Positions 52,601 through 61,718 of a stretch of DNA of 64,000 bases are shown here, piece after piece. The DNA comes from a virus (lineage: Duplodnaviria > Caudoviricetes). The stretch is from the IMG/VR virus record IMGVR_UViG_3300029288_007060, positions 64,001-128,000 of that record; one strand, 5' to 3'. Made by a program: the position numbers and the translations under genes. The stretch's first letter is position 1; each line of letters begins with the position of its first letter. The notes below the pieces were generated by a model. The model searched no databases and had not been told where the DNA came from. It saw nothing but the letters and a program-made list of their open reading frames with translations.

Positions 52601-52647
52601 AATGGAAGTTCTAAATTAGAATCTAATGCCAGTGGATATGAAGTCAT
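49621..52647 (-). CDS. Tail fibre/appendage protein, paralog of 44718-49601
   Basis: Shared blocks: YPLALDSNLELP, ESKIDLDY, HDGY, VQDALEELD, HYPISAY..LTIAHN, LRNNGVLEG. Confidence 0.75.
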   Translation of the reverse strand: MTSYPLALDSNLELPLSENGVTELTADTINSVRDAVMAIEKAIGTSPAGNMQDLVTRINLVIDEDGHLKSSALSTLGLVTLPISNSQIATNANISESKIDLDYSTTTLKALIDDKQTNIDATNASLSTFSVRMINHYAGTSDKHDGYDIDTTETIRGVSTVEEVLHNINNALTDHETDLNIVSHTASTVSVDNVFENISSTNVQDALEELDLVYTGKIEAHQTNHHTNAIQNNIFAESGDQGDLVVTTLASTIFQTDKTVATNILQVMRPNVARVTSKGIDFRALKIGVATTLRIQAGGVDRTYLDIDISSVIPTQDIDIIVAKINTVAQSATNHYPISAYNTGGRLTIAHNIPGYNFTIAILDTVSLSAATALGFEDVITTTFYWPEEKHAAYINGNRIVGLKSLLKIQYTHADSVNPNKIDPALGDLSSLGLDITNNGRILCNITNHSSASSANGTYYIASFPSVSTFLLNTNIALGDFDLEIAADSLSFINNTKGNIYDIFLERDADGYGIISKQTRVQYDSISNVVLRTINKEFPINNIEWEVTSDDYIILYEDNVAGLPVQIPAGFSGNLKVFAPDNISSAIFETYGSPSHSREDMTVYACAESSDLLYLSSVHFCGNLGFDTLKYVTDKRKIGNSIENLSQDILNTVPLTNALDSLRNNGVLEGLDVISNTTSTIKIRGGRVLVSGNILSVPTTDVVIDDFTFANNILMVDSAGHFIVKNEFDAGYTFDDLTSGNNYGDNINVVPILQFETDGVEVDGYLVDKRLIVSKIDKQLLDIETDLNNKIEQVQNTVSGSMWGITIASADGYIAELDPGAHNGFDAVTYGVVGFMAGNNSTTRVFEFNSASLIAYPIFFAPGLTYANIFVETEYTGGLGGPFGASGTAYIEVGIAAKIGIDSVSTYDEYCIVKTLTLGVLPSDSVVEKYVVSIPLSLLDIDNDIMFKLVPRIKIVNSTLIDGGTGDDPEPVIAFNNVRVVTSSYSIAGHINQISSDTSQFALLGDVL

Positions 52648-52656
52648 ATTGTCCTC

Positions 52657-53640
52657 TTAGTTATTTAAATAAAAAGCTAAATCTACAGACAGACTATATT
52701 GTTTTAAAAGATTCGTATAGGGAGTTCCTACAGAAGCACCTACAGCAGCATTCAACTCAACATTGCCAAAAATCTTAGGAGAATACAGAATTCCTAGCTT
52801 TTGTTCAGCGCCTTTCCAATTTTTGGTATCAACAGACACATGCGTGTTGATTCCGAAATTTTTATAATTCATAAACTCTGCTCCCAACCCGGCACGTAGA
52901 TTAGTAAAGTCATATCCAAACAAGCCTATTACGCGAGGCCTGAACAATCTATTGTCTGGAGAGTTTGGTTCGTTAGTATAAATGAAGGAGGCATCAATAA
53001 TGTCGGTCTTACTACCAGGAATTGGTTTATATACGTCTTTGCCATTCTCTACTGTCTTATAAACCTCATTTAATTGGACACGTCTCGTCTCCAAAAATCC
53101 ATTTTTTTGTTTATAAACCTCGCCCTTAATAACAAAAGTCTGTTTGCCAGAAAATATTTCATTGTCTTTAACAAAAATATTAGGGTCCTTTAATTGGAAT
53201 CTATTGTATATGTCGGCCCAACTATAAGAAATAACGCAATCTTTTGATAATATGCAACCCGAAGCATCTGTATCAGACTGTCCGCCGATTATTTGTTGTC
53301 TAAGTTCAGCAATAGTTTCGTCTTTAGATTTAATAATCAGGTCGTGCTCTTTCTTAAATTTTTCAAAATCGGCATTTATAGAATCTTTATCGGCCTGAAG
53401 TTTTTTATTAAGTTCCTTTTGAGTAACTAGTTGTGATTGAGAGATTCCAAGAGTTGTATTTAATCCTTGAAGCTCTCTTTCTTTATCAGAAAGTTGGCCG
53501 GCAACTTGTCTTTGGTATGTGGCCAACCGCTGTTCATATTGCGACTTGGCATAACTATTTAGCCCAAACGCTCCCGCGACCCCCAATCCTATCACTAACC
53601 ACAAAAAATACTTATTTCCTAGCAAACTTGCAAACTTCAT
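52657..53640 (-). CDS. Membrane-anchored coiled-coil protein with C-terminal beta-strand domain (possible spanin-like lysis protein)
   Basis: N-terminal TM/signal segment (FLWLVIGLGVAGAFGL), ~85-aa coiled coil, amphipathic beta C-terminus ending LSVDLAFYLNN. Confidence 0.55.
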   Translation of the reverse strand: MKFASLLGNKYFLWLVIGLGVAGAFGLNSYAKSQYEQRLATYQRQVAGQLSDKERELQGLNTTLGISQSQLVTQKELNKKLQADKDSINADFEKFKKEHDLIIKSKDETIAELRQQIIGGQSDTDASGCILSKDCVISYSWADIYNRFQLKDPNIFVKDNEIFSGKQTFVIKGEVYKQKNGFLETRRVQLNEVYKTVENGKDVYKPIPGSKTDIIDASFIYTNEPNSPDNRLFRPRVIGLFGYDFTNLRAGLGAEFMNYKNFGINTHVSVDTKNWKGAEQKLGILYSPKIFGNVELNAAVGASVGTPYTNLLKQYSLSVDLAFYLNN

Positions 53641-53651
53641 GTCTTTCTCCT

Positions 53652-56600
53652 TTATTTGTTTTTCTTTTCTAACTCATCAATTCTGTTTGTTAATTCTTGG
53701 ACCGCCTTAACTAATACTGCCACCAAACAACTGTCACCAACCATATACATACCATTGCTTCCCACCGAAACCATGTTGGGATATATATCTTTGACTTGTT
53801 GAGCAACATATCCTATATTGACATGAGGCAATGATGCGTCCTTCCAATCAAATTCTTTTAATTCTATTTTGTTTATAATATCTAAACCATTTATTTTAGT
53901 AGGCTCAATATTTTTCTTTAATCTTTCATCTGATGATCCAGCAAAGGCAGCATTGATACCCGACCATTTCATGATTGCTTTCTCGTTGCCACCACCGTCA
54001 CGCAATGAGGCCCAAACAATATCTCCGTCCATTGTGGGAGACACTAAGCCCGCGTCGATTCTGAGGCCGACAGAAGCAATACTGTTGTTAAGATTTTGAA
54101 TCCAGGCACCATAAGCAGCGGCCGTTGTGGCCTTACACAGGATACCAACCCCACCAGTTCCGCCGCTTACAAAATATCCTCCGCTTCCGTTGTTGGAACC
54201 GCCACCATAGACACCATATCCATCATCTCCACTATGTATGCCCAGAACACCATAACTACTGGCGCCGCCGAACCCATAGCCAAAAACACCATGATTAGAT
54301 GACGATGTGCTAAGACCATAGACACCAGCTCCGCCACCGCTTCCCCCAGTGCCATATACACCATGTCCAGCACCAACGCCAAGGCCTTTAATACCTATAC
54401 CATTTGTGGGCCCGCCTTGTGCAAATATACCAGCGGAATTAGAATTTCCGCCTTGTGCGTATAGCCCAACGCCAGACTTTTTACCTATGGCAAACAGACC
54501 TATGCCATTATTATCTCCACCCTGTGCATAGACGCCATATCCATCTGAATTACCACCAATGCCACTAACGCCATATCCTGACCCAGACCCAAGTCCCTCT
54601 ACTCCAACCCCGTTTATGAGACCGCCAACGCCAGTTACACCAGTGCTATTACCTCCACTATAAGTAGTTCCACCAAATCCTATAACTCCGCTCACTCCAC
54701 CGACGCCCTTAACACCATAAGAATAACCATCTTCATTATATCCAATTACCCCTATGCCGTAATGACCATCAGCCTTGCCAACAACACCAGCACCATCATA
54801 TTTTCCAATTCCAACCAGACCGGCGTTTGAGTGTTTGCTGTGGGCTACAGACAAAATGTTGGCTGTTCCAAAACTACTAGTTTGTGACGTCCAAGTGGTA
54901 CCATCTGGAGATGTGGCCAAACTGCCACTGTTTCCTACCATAACCCATGTGTCTTCTCCATTATAAGCAATAGCGTTATTTACTGAGAAAGGGGCTGCCA
55001 CTGGAGCCCAAGTTATACCATCAGTAGATGAAGATTTAATAGAATTATTGCATACAGCTATCCATAGATCTTTTCCATTATGTATTACATCAAGTCCATT
55101 CGCTCCTGATAAAGAAAAAGTAGACGAAGCCCAATTTATTCCATCAGAGGATGTGTGAAGACTGCCACCCGCGCCCACAGTAACCCATAAATCTTTGCCA
55201 TTATGTGCCACCTTGGTAACACCAAATGTAGCGTCTCTAACTGTCCAGGTCATACCGTCTGAAGAAGAAGCGACTATGATTGTCCCCACAGCAATCCACA
55301 AATCTTTTCCATCATGATCTATTCCAGTTATATCATAAGCACCAAAGATACTAGAAGCACTAGTTTGACTAACCCAATCAATTCCGTTTGATGATGTGGC
55401 TAACGTTCCAGCATCACCAACGGCAACCCATAAATCTCTGTCGTTATATGCTATTCCATTAATATTATTAGCACCAAATACAGCTAAGGCGTCTGCTTGT
55501 AGGGTCCAGATAATGCCATCAGTAGAAGTAGCTAGTTTTCCAGCATCACCAACAGCAATCCACAAATCTTTGTTATTATAGGCCACTTCGTTTATATTGC
55601 TAGAGTCGAAGGTAGAATAAGCATCTGCCTGCTGAACCCAGTTTATACCATTATACGATGTGGCTAGCATTCCATACTCTCCAGCTGCCACAAATAATCC
55701 ATTTCCTCCGACTCCATACGTACCAGGAGAAAATCCTCTTCCAACTGACATAACACCCATGCCATTGATGTTTCCGCCAATGCCTATCACACCAGTGCCA
55801 GAGCCATTTCCAGATGAAGTGCCAAGACCTATAACTCCGCCTATTCCTCCGATTCCCTTAACGCCATAAGAATAACCGTCTTCATTATATCCTATAACGC
55901 CAATGCCAGAGCTCCCTTCAGCTTTACCAATAACGCCTGCTCCGTCATATTTGCCAATCCCAACTAGACCTGCGTGTGATTGTTTTGTATGAACCACAGC
56001 ATACAACGTTTTTGAAGAAAAACCACTAGTCCTTTGCGTCCAATCAGTACCATTTGGGGATGTGGCTAATTTATCAGAAGCGCCTACCGCTATCCACAAA
56101 TCTCTCCCATTATAATTAACATAGGAGATTTGAGTTGCCCCAAAACTGCTAGTGCGCTGTGTCCAATTTATTCCGTCTGTCGATGTCGCCAATTTGCCGG
56201 ACCCGCCAACAGCAATCCATAAATCTCTTCCATTATGTGAGACACCCAAAATACCAGTTGTTCCAAAACTGCTAGTTTGCGGAGTCCAATTTATACCATC
56301 CGGAGATATTGTTAATTTTCCTGCGTCACCCACAGCAACAAATAAGTCTTTACCATCATAACCAACAGCCATGAGCCAATCTGTACCAGTAAGCCCACTG
56401 TCTTGTTGGGTCCAATTTATTCCATCTGGTGACGTTGCTATTTTGACATCTTGCGCCACCGCTACCCATAAATCTTTACCATTATGCACAACGCCAGCGA
56501 CAAAGCTACTGCCAAAGCCACTAGTACGCTGTGTCCAATTTATTCCGTCTGGCGATGTCGCCAATTTGCCCGCTGCACCAACAGCAACCCACAAATCTTT

Positions 56601-58439
56601 TCCATTATATGCTATACTGGATATATCACTGGTGCCAAAGCCACTAGTGCGTTGCTGCCAGTCAATACCGTTAGTGGATGTTGCTAATGTGCCAGCATCT
56701 CCGCCGGCAACCCATAATCCCTTTCCGTCATAGGCAACGCAATAAATGGAAGTCGATCCAAAGCTACTAGTTCTTTGAGTCCAAGATAGTCCGTCATAAG
56801 ATGTGGCGAGACCGCCACCAGAAGATACCGCAACAAAGATGCCATTGCCACCAGTGCTAAAAACACCAGACGAGGGTCCTCTCCCTATAGAGAAAACGCC
56901 AGTTCCACTATTTCCTCCGCCAATAGACAATATTCCATATCCGTCATATCCGTCGGTATCGCCGCCGCAGGCAATAACTCCGTATCCGGTTCCGGTTCCT
57001 ACTGCGCGAATACCGCATGCGCCGAGGCCACCCACGGATACAATTCCGTGTTTACTGGGACCACCGGTTGCTTCAATTGCGTACCCGCCAGTTGTATTGC
57101 TTCCGCCCCTAACAACAATTCCTGTTCCACCAGTATATGCTCCAGTGGCGTCAATTGCTGTTCCATTAACTCCAGAAGCATATACATATAATGCCGGCGA
57201 TGGCCCAGAGGAACCACCTCCTATAACCTTTACTCCATATCCGGTAGTAGAGGCTCTTGCCTCGATAGCCGTATTGGTATTGGTGGGCTGGGATAATATA
57301 TTGGTTGCATACAAAGCAGACGCAGTATTGACAGAATTTCCTATAATACTAACCGATGTACTATCAGGACCAACCATTGTGTCAAAGTTATTTCCTTCAA
57401 AAATTCCATTTGTAATAGGCCCATAATTTATAGTAGAATAGGGCATAGAGTTTTCGCATATATGAACATTGTTTATCGACACCGCACCAGCGTTTAGAAT
57501 GACACTTAAGTCATATGACGAGGATGTGGTATTTTTTCCTATATAAACATTATCCAAGGAAGATATTTCGTTGCCAACAAAACTGATGGCCTTACCATCC
57601 GCGCCGGCAGTAAACGTATTTCCATCGATAGATATGTTTCTATAAGAGGCCGTGTAACCAGAGTTAGGTTTCGTGGAAGTTGTACCAATAAAAACAGGCT
57701 CTCCTGTCGGAGAACCAAGCCCAAAAGAGCTATCTGACTCAAACACGTTGTCGCGTATTTTTATATTATCGAATGTTACAGCCGTATCGTCAGGATAAAT
57801 ACTAACACCATAAGCATCCGCGTGCGTAAAAAAGGTACAGTCTTGTATGTTTATATTTTTTATTAATTGACCCGACGTAGTTGTTGATATTTCGATAGCA
57901 GAAGATGGCACAGCAGTTGTTGAAACAACATCAAAGCTAATATTTTCTATAGATATATTGCTTCCTGCCAACCTGAAAATAGCCTCTTGCTCCGCGCTTT
58001 CTATAAACACATTTCCTAATCCAGCAATTCTTACGCCACTGGGTACTGTTACCAAACCGTCTGTATAGTTATAATATCCGTCTTTAACTAATATTGTTCC
58101 GCCATAAGCATCAATTACAGACTGAAGAGTGGCCGCAGTCGTACCGCTGGCTGTTCCAAAACTTTGAATTCCATCGCCAACCGTAATTAAAAATTGTTGT
58201 TGTATTTCAAATATATCAGCATTAACATCTGCTTGGAAACTTTCTACCGCAGTAATTCTATCTTTAACTGTTCCGAATATACCTGATGGGTTAGTTCCCA
58301 ATTCAGTCTCGACAGCCACGACAGCATTTCTAATGCGGTTCACGTCCTCGCTTCTTATTTCGTCAATCAAATTTCGACGTAAAGGTAAGCTGGAATAGCC
58401 ATCTATGCCAGCAGGATATAGGGAATTTTCATTTACCAT
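53652..58439 (-). CDS. Tail fibre/spike: anchor, beta-helix, Gly-rich shaft with two 7-repeat beta-propellers, and C-terminal peptidase S74 chaperone
   Basis: 14 LWxAVG..GxLATSxDGxxW repeats; SSDERLKKNI...GYVAQQV...LVKAVQEL S74 signature. Start MVNEN at 58439 has a GGAG RBS (ORF track gives 58451). Confidence 0.85.
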   Translation of the reverse strand: MVNENSLYPAGIDGYSSLPLRRNLIDEIRSEDVNRIRNAVVAVETELGTNPSGIFGTVKDRITAVESFQADVNADIFEIQQQFLITVGDGIQSFGTASGTTAATLQSVIDAYGGTILVKDGYYNYTDGLVTVPSGVRIAGLGNVFIESAEQEAIFRLAGSNISIENISFDVVSTTAVPSSAIEISTTTSGQLIKNINIQDCTFFTHADAYGVSIYPDDTAVTFDNIKIRDNVFESDSSFGLGSPTGEPVFIGTTSTKPNSGYTASYRNISIDGNTFTAGADGKAISFVGNEISSLDNVYIGKNTTSSSYDLSVILNAGAVSINNVHICENSMPYSTINYGPITNGIFEGNNFDTMVGPDSTSVSIIGNSVNTASALYATNILSQPTNTNTAIEARASTTGYGVKVIGGGSSGPSPALYVYASGVNGTAIDATGAYTGGTGIVVRGGSNTTGGYAIEATGGPSKHGIVSVGGLGACGIRAVGTGTGYGVIACGGDTDGYDGYGILSIGGGNSGTGVFSIGRGPSSGVFSTGGNGIFVAVSSGGGLATSYDGLSWTQRTSSFGSTSIYCVAYDGKGLWVAGGDAGTLATSTNGIDWQQRTSGFGTSDISSIAYNGKDLWVAVGAAGKLATSPDGINWTQRTSGFGSSFVAGVVHNGKDLWVAVAQDVKIATSPDGINWTQQDSGLTGTDWLMAVGYDGKDLFVAVGDAGKLTISPDGINWTPQTSSFGTTGILGVSHNGRDLWIAVGGSGKLATSTDGINWTQRTSSFGATQISYVNYNGRDLWIAVGASDKLATSPNGTDWTQRTSGFSSKTLYAVVHTKQSHAGLVGIGKYDGAGVIGKAEGSSGIGVIGYNEDGYSYGVKGIGGIGGVIGLGTSSGNGSGTGVIGIGGNINGMGVMSVGRGFSPGTYGVGGNGLFVAAGEYGMLATSYNGINWVQQADAYSTFDSSNINEVAYNNKDLWIAVGDAGKLATSTDGIIWTLQADALAVFGANNINGIAYNDRDLWVAVGDAGTLATSSNGIDWVSQTSASSIFGAYDITGIDHDGKDLWIAVGTIIVASSSDGMTWTVRDATFGVTKVAHNGKDLWVTVGAGGSLHTSSDGINWASSTFSLSGANGLDVIHNGKDLWIAVCNNSIKSSSTDGITWAPVAAPFSVNNAIAYNGEDTWVMVGNSGSLATSPDGTTWTSQTSSFGTANILSVAHSKHSNAGLVGIGKYDGAGVVGKADGHYGIGVIGYNEDGYSYGVKGVGGVSGVIGFGGTTYSGGNSTGVTGVGGLINGVGVEGLGSGSGYGVSGIGGNSDGYGVYAQGGDNNGIGLFAIGKKSGVGLYAQGGNSNSAGIFAQGGPTNGIGIKGLGVGAGHGVYGTGGSGGGAGVYGLSTSSSNHGVFGYGFGGASSYGVLGIHSGDDGYGVYGGGSNNGSGGYFVSGGTGGVGILCKATTAAAYGAWIQNLNNSIASVGLRIDAGLVSPTMDGDIVWASLRDGGGNEKAIMKWSGINAAFAGSSDERLKKNIEPTKINGLDIINKIELKEFDWKDASLPHVNIGYVAQQVKDIYPNMVSVGSNGMYMVGDSCLVAVLVKAVQELTNRIDELEKKNK
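54830..56850 (-). repeat. Two arrays of seven ~41-aa Asp-box-like propeller repeats with a duplicated linker
   Basis: Repeat units of about 123 bp; the linker AGLVGIGKYDGAGVxGKAxG..GYNEDGYSYGVKG occurs after each array. Coordinates approximate. Confidence 0.85.
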
Positions 58440-59251
58440 TTGAGTCTCCAAAAATCATTTTATCGTATTTTCTTTTCAAATATATGTTTGGTGTGGCATT
58501 CTTGTATATAAAGGCAGAAATTTTATTAATATTTCTTTTCCCACCATAAGCAATAGAAAAAATATTATCATTTTTATGAGAATAAACACTATTTTGATTT
58601 AATTCGCATTGTGATATTAATATATCTCTATACACATATAGAAACTTTTCTGTGCCAACTATAGTGAAATATGGACAATTGTATGCTGTATTATAAGAAA
58701 TACACCCATCTCCATCAAAATATCCGCGCATAAAATGATTAACTAGCGAGTGATTTATTACAAATTCAGGAAAAGTATAAACTAAAGATTTTTTTGGTAC
58801 AATATTAAATCTCGTCAAATCATTGAATATTTTGTTGCTGTGAATTTGAATATATACTGCTTTTCCTCCACACCCAAGATTGTCGTTTTTTTCAGAAATG
58901 GGCCCGTCATATTTCATATCTTGCTTAAATTTTTCCAAATGTTCTTTGTCTTTATAAGAAAGACCTATGCTCAATCTATCCATCCTTTCCTTTTGATGTC
59001 TTATGTTTCCATCAGCCGCGATAAATCCGGCCCAATAAAAAGATTCAGCGGTATCAGCAGAGAAAAAAAGATTCGTTGAAAATATATCTACATCTTCTTA
59101 AGTTATTAAATCCGTTTTCAATCTCCAATCTTTTTAAATGACGCCATATAGACGACGAACTAACATTAAAGGTTTTTGCTACGGCGAACACCGAGCCAAC
59201 TTTCAAATATTCAGCATACCACTTTTTAACATCTTCATCAGTATATATCAT
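58429..59251 (-). pseudogene. HTH plus double-motif LAGLIDADG homing endonuclease, split by a 1-nt frameshift in a T7 run
   Basis: The 65-aa HTH ORF ends FNESFFLC*. Skipping one T at 59063-59069 gives FNESFFSADTAESFYWAGFIAADGNI...RMDRLSIGL, joining the 184-aa ORF that contains FMRGYFDGDG. Confidence 0.8.
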
Positions 59252-59289
59252 ATAGTCCCCGACACGTAAAGAGCATCCAACTAATTGTT

Positions 59290-59307
59290 AAAATATTGAT
59301 AGATTTT
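59290..59307 (-). promoter_or_regulatory. Conserved 18-bp intergenic motif, copy 3
   Basis: Exact match to the other two copies; about 40 nt upstream of the endonuclease/fibre genes. Confidence 0.6.
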
Positions 59308-59350
59308 TTTGATTTGATTGTTAAAGAAAAATATTAATCTTATCATACAC

Positions 59351-61060
59351 TTATATTGTAACGAAGTAAGGCGAGTAATTTGTTGGATAGCTGTAGATGG
59401 GATCTGTTTTGTCTAATCTTCTCATTTTTATATCTTGTCTTCCGGTTTTATTAAATAATAATTTATTTCTTGTTACCTCGAGTACCGCATATCTGAATTC
59501 CTCTAAACCATCCTCAGTATATCGTATAATGATGTCTCTACTTTTAATGTTCGGCACCGTCAGTGTCCACATCACTATCTCATCGGGTTGGCGAAGGCCT
59601 TGGTCTTGAACTAGGTCCAAATCGTCAACATACGGAGAAGTTCTCATCATAAACATTCCTTGCGTATTAACAAACGTTTCGCTTATTGGGCGGCTGTTAA
59701 ATAACCTATCAAATCCTCCCTCAAACCCTGTGGCAAAACAATAAGGACACCTAACTCTCTGATGTTCTCTTCTCAAACTAATACATCTGCAACGTTTTCC
59801 TGTCCATCTTCGGCGCAACACCACCACATATTCACCAGTAACTTGCAACATCGAATCCAATTGGGACAATATTCTGTCTTGAAAATTAAATCCTCTGGAC
59901 CCATTATAATCTCCACCTAAATAACTCCCTACGCATTCTCCACTAAAGGAATCCTGCAAGCTGGGCCTATGATAGCCGCAATAATCATAACTAGCAAAAT
60001 CTTCCGCCGCGGTCTCGGAACCAATTAAATCTGTAGTAAGCACGTCTTCTAAAGCGGCCCGATATCCATCTTCGTCTACATTAGCTTGCCCTATAGCATC
60101 TGTATTTCTTGGTGTACCTATTGTATAGAACCAATCAGCTGTAGCTTGTACTATATTACTATTTCCGTCTTCAAACCCGTGCCACAAACTAACTGAGGCG
60201 CCTATATCGTGAGTGCTGGCAAATGTTCCTGATTGGGCTCGGTCAAGCTCTGCAACATAGAAAGTAGTAGCGTCTTTGCTGGAATATTTCATCAACTCGT
60301 AATCTACTAGTATCACTCCAGTATCTGGATATCCTTCCGTGCTTTCTACTTGAACGGAGGCTCCATATGCGTCTATACTATCAGTTAATGTTTGGTCAGT
60401 CGGATATGCGTATACATTTTCTCCAACTTGCTCTAATGCTGAGATTGTAATATCAGAAGTGTCCGCTTCTGCAGCTCTAACGGCCAAATAATATGCTTTT
60501 CCGGGATCAACGCTTATTACAGCTTCTGTTTCTGTAGTAAGATTTTTAGGCCCAACAGAAAAAACCCCAAAACGAGTCGTGGAATAATATATATTGTAAT
60601 ATAATTGCTTGGTCGTACTTGTTGCTAAGGCTTCTCTCCACGCCAAGTGTAACCCCATGCCGTTTCCAACATCATCCACCAACATTAACCCAACGCTTTG
60701 TGCCCATGTGGGATACGGACGACAAACAGGTATTTCTACCGTTTCAGGCTCTACTACTATTTCTCCTTCTTCTTGAACGCCAAAACTGAAACGTCTGGTA
60801 TTGGTAGACATTCCGTCAATTGCTATCCACGACCATTCATCGTAGAGAGTTGTGGGCAACATAGAAGAAGGAATATTATAAGTCACCCTATAAAATCCTT
60901 GAGAGATTTGCGATGGCGTGAGAGTGGCTAATAATGTTCCGCCAGCAGATGCGGTATAAATTTTAACCTGACCAACGAAAAATGGGTTAAAAAGCACACC
61001 ATTGTCATAAAATCGTGACCCGAGATTGATTGAAGTTCCTATTATTCCAGTACGGCTCAT
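59351..61060 (-). CDS. Neck/head-tail adaptor protein with N-terminal Ig/FN3-like domains
   Basis: C-terminal RRWTGKRCRC...RCPYCFATGFEGG Cys motif and head-closure-like region; FN3-like LAW..YNIYY..YYLAVRA. Confidence 0.6.
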   Translation of the reverse strand: MSRTGIIGTSINLGSRFYDNGVLFNPFFVGQVKIYTASAGGTLLATLTPSQISQGFYRVTYNIPSSMLPTTLYDEWSWIAIDGMSTNTRRFSFGVQEEGEIVVEPETVEIPVCRPYPTWAQSVGLMLVDDVGNGMGLHLAWREALATSTTKQLYYNIYYSTTRFGVFSVGPKNLTTETEAVISVDPGKAYYLAVRAAEADTSDITISALEQVGENVYAYPTDQTLTDSIDAYGASVQVESTEGYPDTGVILVDYELMKYSSKDATTFYVAELDRAQSGTFASTHDIGASVSLWHGFEDGNSNIVQATADWFYTIGTPRNTDAIGQANVDEDGYRAALEDVLTTDLIGSETAAEDFASYDYCGYHRPSLQDSFSGECVGSYLGGDYNGSRGFNFQDRILSQLDSMLQVTGEYVVVLRRRWTGKRCRCISLRREHQRVRCPYCFATGFEGGFDRLFNSRPISETFVNTQGMFMMRTSPYVDDLDLVQDQGLRQPDEIVMWTLTVPNIKSRDIIIRYTEDGLEEFRYAVLEVTRNKLLFNKTGRQDIKMRRLDKTDPIYSYPTNYSPYFVTI

Positions 61061-61074
61061 GTTATTTTCCTATA

Positions 61075-61455
61075 TTAAGCTTCCGGTATTATATCGTACA
61101 CATCTACCACTAAGTCTCTGCTTGCATGTATTTCATAACTATCGCCTTCTATTATAGGAGGATTGCTGATAGAAGCATGGGTAATATATTTGTTAGCGGA
61201 CGAATTTGCTATAGCAGACAAAGTATACAAATATCTTCCTGGTTGATTGGTTGAATCTACTTCTGAAAACGAAAGAGCGGTTAAAGTGGAGGACCACGCC
61301 GACCCCGTCCAATATTTGCTATCAGAAAATCTTTGTATTGTAAGAGTAATAAATCCGGCCTGACCAATTAAGCCCTTAGATGTATTCGGATCGGCCACAA
61401 ATAAATCTATCGGAATAGATTCAGATATGTTCCATATTAGAGGCGAATCGGACAT
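61075..61455 (-). CDS. Small beta-rich putative virion protein
   Basis: 126 aa with GGAG RBS; EVDSTNQPGRYLY Ig-like pattern. Confidence 0.6.
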   Translation of the reverse strand: MSDSPLIWNISESIPIDLFVADPNTSKGLIGQAGFITLTIQRFSDSKYWTGSAWSSTLTALSFSEVDSTNQPGRYLYTLSAIANSSANKYITHASISNPPIIEGDSYEIHASRDLVVDVYDIIPEA

Positions 61456-61509
61456 TTTTTCTCCTTAAATCATTTTAAAATAAAGTTTGTCGGTGGGCAC
61501 GTACAATCG

Positions 61510-61718
61510 ATAGTAAAATAATGCTAATATATCAACAGCATCTTGATGATTTATACTATTACCAATAGTTCTAATGCGTTTTGTATCGTCGCTAGGACAC
61601 TACCATCCGTATAACTCTGATGGTAGTGTCTGATTTTTATTCACTTATTTGAGATCCCCCACCAAATTTACATAATAACTACCGTCATAGTAAAATAATG
61701 ATAATATATCAACAGCAT
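61510..61718. repeat. 32-bp direct repeat (31/32 identical): fibre 3' end (61687-61718) and intergenic copy (61510-61541)
   Basis: atagtaaaataatg[c/a]taatatatcaacagcat at both positions. Confidence 0.85.
61596..61630. other. Perfect 12-bp inverted repeat (hairpin/cruciform)
   Basis: GACACTACCATC-11 nt-GATGGTAGTGTC, 14 nt past the fibre stop codon. Confidence 0.8.

Noticed and set aside
54830-56850. CRISPR-like periodic repeats
   Set aside because: These are degenerate in-frame coding repeats of propeller blades. I saw no CRISPR array, tRNA or rRNA in the window by eye.
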